Origin: Poseidonia sp. | Lineage (GTDB): Archaea; Thermoplasmatota; Poseidoniia; Poseidoniales; Poseidoniaceae | Assembly (NCBI GenBank): GCA_965661285.1 | Contig: CBFIDD010000008.1 | Location: 1-26,055, forward strand | DNA: 26,055 bases | Direction: 5' to 3' | Part shown: positions 23,815 to 26,055 of the stretch, piece after piece | Numbering within the stretch: the first letter of the stretch is position 1 | Layout: each line of letters opens with the position of its first letter | Made by a program: the position numbers and the translations under genes | Notes under the pieces: model-generated | Told to the model about the DNA's origin: nothing | The model's database searches: none | What the model saw: only the letters and a program-made list of their open reading frames with translations

Positions 23815-24525
23815 ATGGCAGGGCAGATCACGGGCCTCGTGGCCGTCATGGAGGCGCTTGAAAACGGCGTCGCCATCGACCGGGTCCTCGTCGACCGCAC
23901 CCACGACACGACCAACCTCCGCGCCCTGTGCGAGGCCGCTGGCATCCCGCTCGAAGAAGGCTCGACCAACGACCTCTGGCGCATGTCAGCCGATGGTGCT
24001 CAAGTGGCGCTGGCCCTGACCGGTCGCGCCCAACACGAGACGCTCGAGGCGGTCATGGCCGCCGGTGGATGTGTCTGGCTCTTTGACGGCGTGGAGTACT
24101 CCACGAACCTCGGATTTGCCATCAGAACCGCTGAAGTTTCGGGGGCTGACGCCGTTCTGCTCAACGTGTCCAAAACGCACGAAGAACGGCGTACGATCCG
24201 CCGGGCGAGCATGCGAGCTGACCGCTTCATTCCCGTGGTTTACACCACAACGGCCGCCATTCTGGAATCTGCTGCGGCCAACGGCTTTCGCATCATCGCC
24301 GCCGAAGACGTCGGCACCAAGGGCCCGTGGGACGAGGATTTGACGGGGAATGTCATCCTGGTTGTGGGCGCTGAACGCGACGGCGTGAGCCCGGAGGTGT
24401 TGGAGGCTGCAGACGGGGTGGTTCGTCTGCCTATGGACGGTTTTGTCCCGTCGTACAACCTTCAAGTGGCCGTGAGCGTGTTGGCCGTGGAAGCCCTTCG
24501 GCAGCGGGAATCTCGGGGAAACTGA
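23815..24525 (+). CDS. TrmH/SpoU-family SPOUT RNA 2'-O-methyltransferase (RlmB-like)
   Basis: NLGFAIRTAEVSG (motif 1), VVGAERDG (motif 2) and LPMDGFVPSYNLQVA (motif 3); N-terminal substrate-binding domain. Confidence 0.9.
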   Translation: MAGQITGLVAVMEALENGVAIDRVLVDRTHDTTNLRALCEAAGIPLEEGSTNDLWRMSADGAQVALALTGRAQHETLEAVMAAGGCVWLFDGVEYSTNLGFAIRTAEVSGADAVLLNVSKTHEERRTIRRASMRADRFIPVVYTTTAAILESAAANGFRIIAAEDVGTKGPWDEDLTGNVILVVGAERDGVSPEVLEAADGVVRLPMDGFVPSYNLQVAVSVLAVEALRQRESRGN

Positions 24526-24553
24526 ATTATAGAGGCGAGCGTAAGTAACAGGC

Positions 24554-25414
24554 ATGGGTTTCTTTGCAACCATCGGACGCGGCTGGGAAATGAGCAAGTT
24601 GAGCATGGCGGTCGTCCGAAAAGACCCCGAACTGCTGGTGTACATGATCATCGCCGGTGTCATGAGCCTTGCGTGCCTTGTCGGCATGAGCATGCCGCAA
24701 TTCCTCGAAATGGAGTGGGCGGTCAATCCCGATGGCTCGTTCACGGGCGCCTACCTCGGGTTCTCCTTCGTGGCCTACATGGTGCTCAGCATCATCGTGG
24801 TGTTCTGGAATTGCGCCATCATCGCCAACGCCAACATCCGTTTGACGGGCGGCGACCCCACGTTTGCTGACGGCGTCAGTGCAGCGATAAAGCGTCTGCC
24901 CATCATCATCGTGTGGGGCATCATTGCGGGTACCGTGGGGCTCTTGCTGAAAGCCCTTGAAGGAGCCGCACGCAGCAGCGATAACGACGCTGCCCGTGCG
25001 CTGGCGATGGTGATTCACTTCATCGGTGGTTTGGCGTGGTGGGTCATGACCTTCTTCATGATCCCGTACTTGATTTTGGAAGGGCAAAGCGTCGGCGACG
25101 CCCTCAAATCCAGCAAGAACACCTTCTTCTCCACCTGGGGCGAAAACATCACCTCAGGACTTGGCATCGGGCTCATCGCCTTCCTCATCGGTATTCCTCT
25201 GGTCGTTGTCACCGTCGCTCTGTTCATGGTCGCCGGCCCCGTTGGTCTCTTCTTCGGTGCCATCGCCATCGGTCTTCTCATCGCTTGGGCTAACGCCGCT
25301 GAACAGGTCGCCGTCGTGGCGCTGTACCGCTTTGCCAAGGACGGTCAAATGCCAAAAATCTACCAGGACAACGGCATGCAGACCTACACCTTTGGCAACG
25401 CCCAAATGGCTTGA
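24554..25414 (+). CDS. Polytopic membrane protein, DUF6159-like
   Basis: About six TM helices; GWEMSKLSMAVVRKDPELL, GGDPTFADG and ALKSSKNTFFSTWGE match my recollection of DUF6159. Confidence 0.75.
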   Translation: MGFFATIGRGWEMSKLSMAVVRKDPELLVYMIIAGVMSLACLVGMSMPQFLEMEWAVNPDGSFTGAYLGFSFVAYMVLSIIVVFWNCAIIANANIRLTGGDPTFADGVSAAIKRLPIIIVWGIIAGTVGLLLKALEGAARSSDNDAARALAMVIHFIGGLAWWVMTFFMIPYLILEGQSVGDALKSSKNTFFSTWGENITSGLGIGLIAFLIGIPLVVVTVALFMVAGPVGLFFGAIAIGLLIAWANAAEQVAVVALYRFAKDGQMPKIYQDNGMQTYTFGNAQMA

Positions 25415-25421
25415 GACAGCA

Positions 25422-25865
25422 TCAGTTCCCTTCAGAATCGGCAACTTCAGCGACCGTCCATCGCCATATGGCGTAGGAAAGCCCCATCATGCCAAGCTGT
25501 GCAATCAGGCGAAGCACATGCCAGTGATGAGCGTAGGTCTTGCCGTCGAGCGGGATGTTGTTGACCCACATGTTCGCATTAGCCCAGTAAATACCTACGA
25601 GGAAGACCATGCTAGAGAGCGCTGCGTAACGACGGGTCCACGGCAAAATGAGGCCAACACCGATGGCGATTTCCATGACGCCGGTGATGAGCACCCAAAT
25701 GGTTGGGTCGCCAAGGACCGCCGGAACAATCGGCTCAAACCAGGCGGTGTTGGTGAAGTGTTGGACGCCGACGTTGACGTACATCAAACCAAAAACGGCG
25801 GTTAAAAGGTTGATCAGGTTTTTTATTACCAGACGATCACCCGAAAGTAAATTGGAAATACTCAA
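25422..25865 (-). CDS. DoxX-like membrane protein (COG4270-like)
   Basis: GVQHF...FEPIVP, ITGVMEIAIGVGL, YWANANM and LRLIAQ pattern; four TM helices. The TTG start is uncertain. Confidence 0.8.
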   Translation of the reverse strand: MSISNLLSGDRLVIKNLINLLTAVFGLMYVNVGVQHFTNTAWFEPIVPAVLGDPTIWVLITGVMEIAIGVGLILPWTRRYAALSSMVFLVGIYWANANMWVNNIPLDGKTYAHHWHVLRLIAQLGMMGLSYAIWRWTVAEVADSEGN

Positions 25866-25871
25866 ATTGGC

Positions 25872-26054
25872 TTAGTCTTCCGATGCGTCAGGATTTGGTG
25901 GAAAGAATTCGATGACCTTGTAAGGGCCGGGTTGAAGGGGATTGCCATAATCATCCACCTTCCCCGGCGGGTGGTCTGCATAACCAAAGCAAATCATGCA
26001 GTAACGCGGCCCGAGAGGCCACCCTCTACTACCCTTCTCGATGTTTCGCCAGTC
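25872..26054 (-). CDS. 3' end of a hypothetical protein (runs off the right edge)
   Basis: Manual translation is open to the edge: DWRNIEKGSRGWPLGPRYCMICFGYADHPPGKVDDYGNPLQPGPYKVIEFFPPNPDASED*. It contains one CxxC and stops 6 nt before the DoxX start. Confidence 0.5.
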   Translation of the reverse strand, partial: DWRNIEKGSRGWPLGPRYCMICFGYADHPPGKVDDYGNPLQPGPYKVIEFFPPNPDASED

Positions 26055-26055
26055 G

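Overview
A gene-dense archaeal window of roughly 59% GC (estimated by eye). The eL15 gene, GAGGTGA Shine-Dalgarno sites, an Fpo-like complex I and many large membrane-anchored surface proteins point to Marine Group II Thermoplasmatota (Ca. Poseidoniales); this assignment is an inference. Almost all genes lie on the minus strand. (i) 1-5480: a complex I operon nuoA-B-C-D-H-I-J(partial) with no nuoEFG between D and H. Several subunits carry large insertions, most notably an SH3/Tudor-like barrel between the two 4Fe-4S motifs of NuoI and a basic C-terminal tail. (ii) 5640-21209: five co-oriented cell-surface genes, namely a multi-Ig protein, a 1531-aa membrane-anchored S8 protease ending in a C4HC3 RING-like finger, a small Ig-like membrane protein, a 1564-aa unknown beta-repeat protein, and a PKD protein with a C-terminal Zn ribbon. 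(iii) 21211-26055: RNase Z, a PRC-barrel (CdpB-like) protein, rpl15e with a structured leader, a rhodanese, a TrmH/SpoU methyltransferase, a DUF6159-like membrane protein, a DoxX-like protein and a partial ORF. I saw no rRNA, tRNA, CRISPR array or mobile element. All domain calls come from motif recognition by eye, not from database searches.
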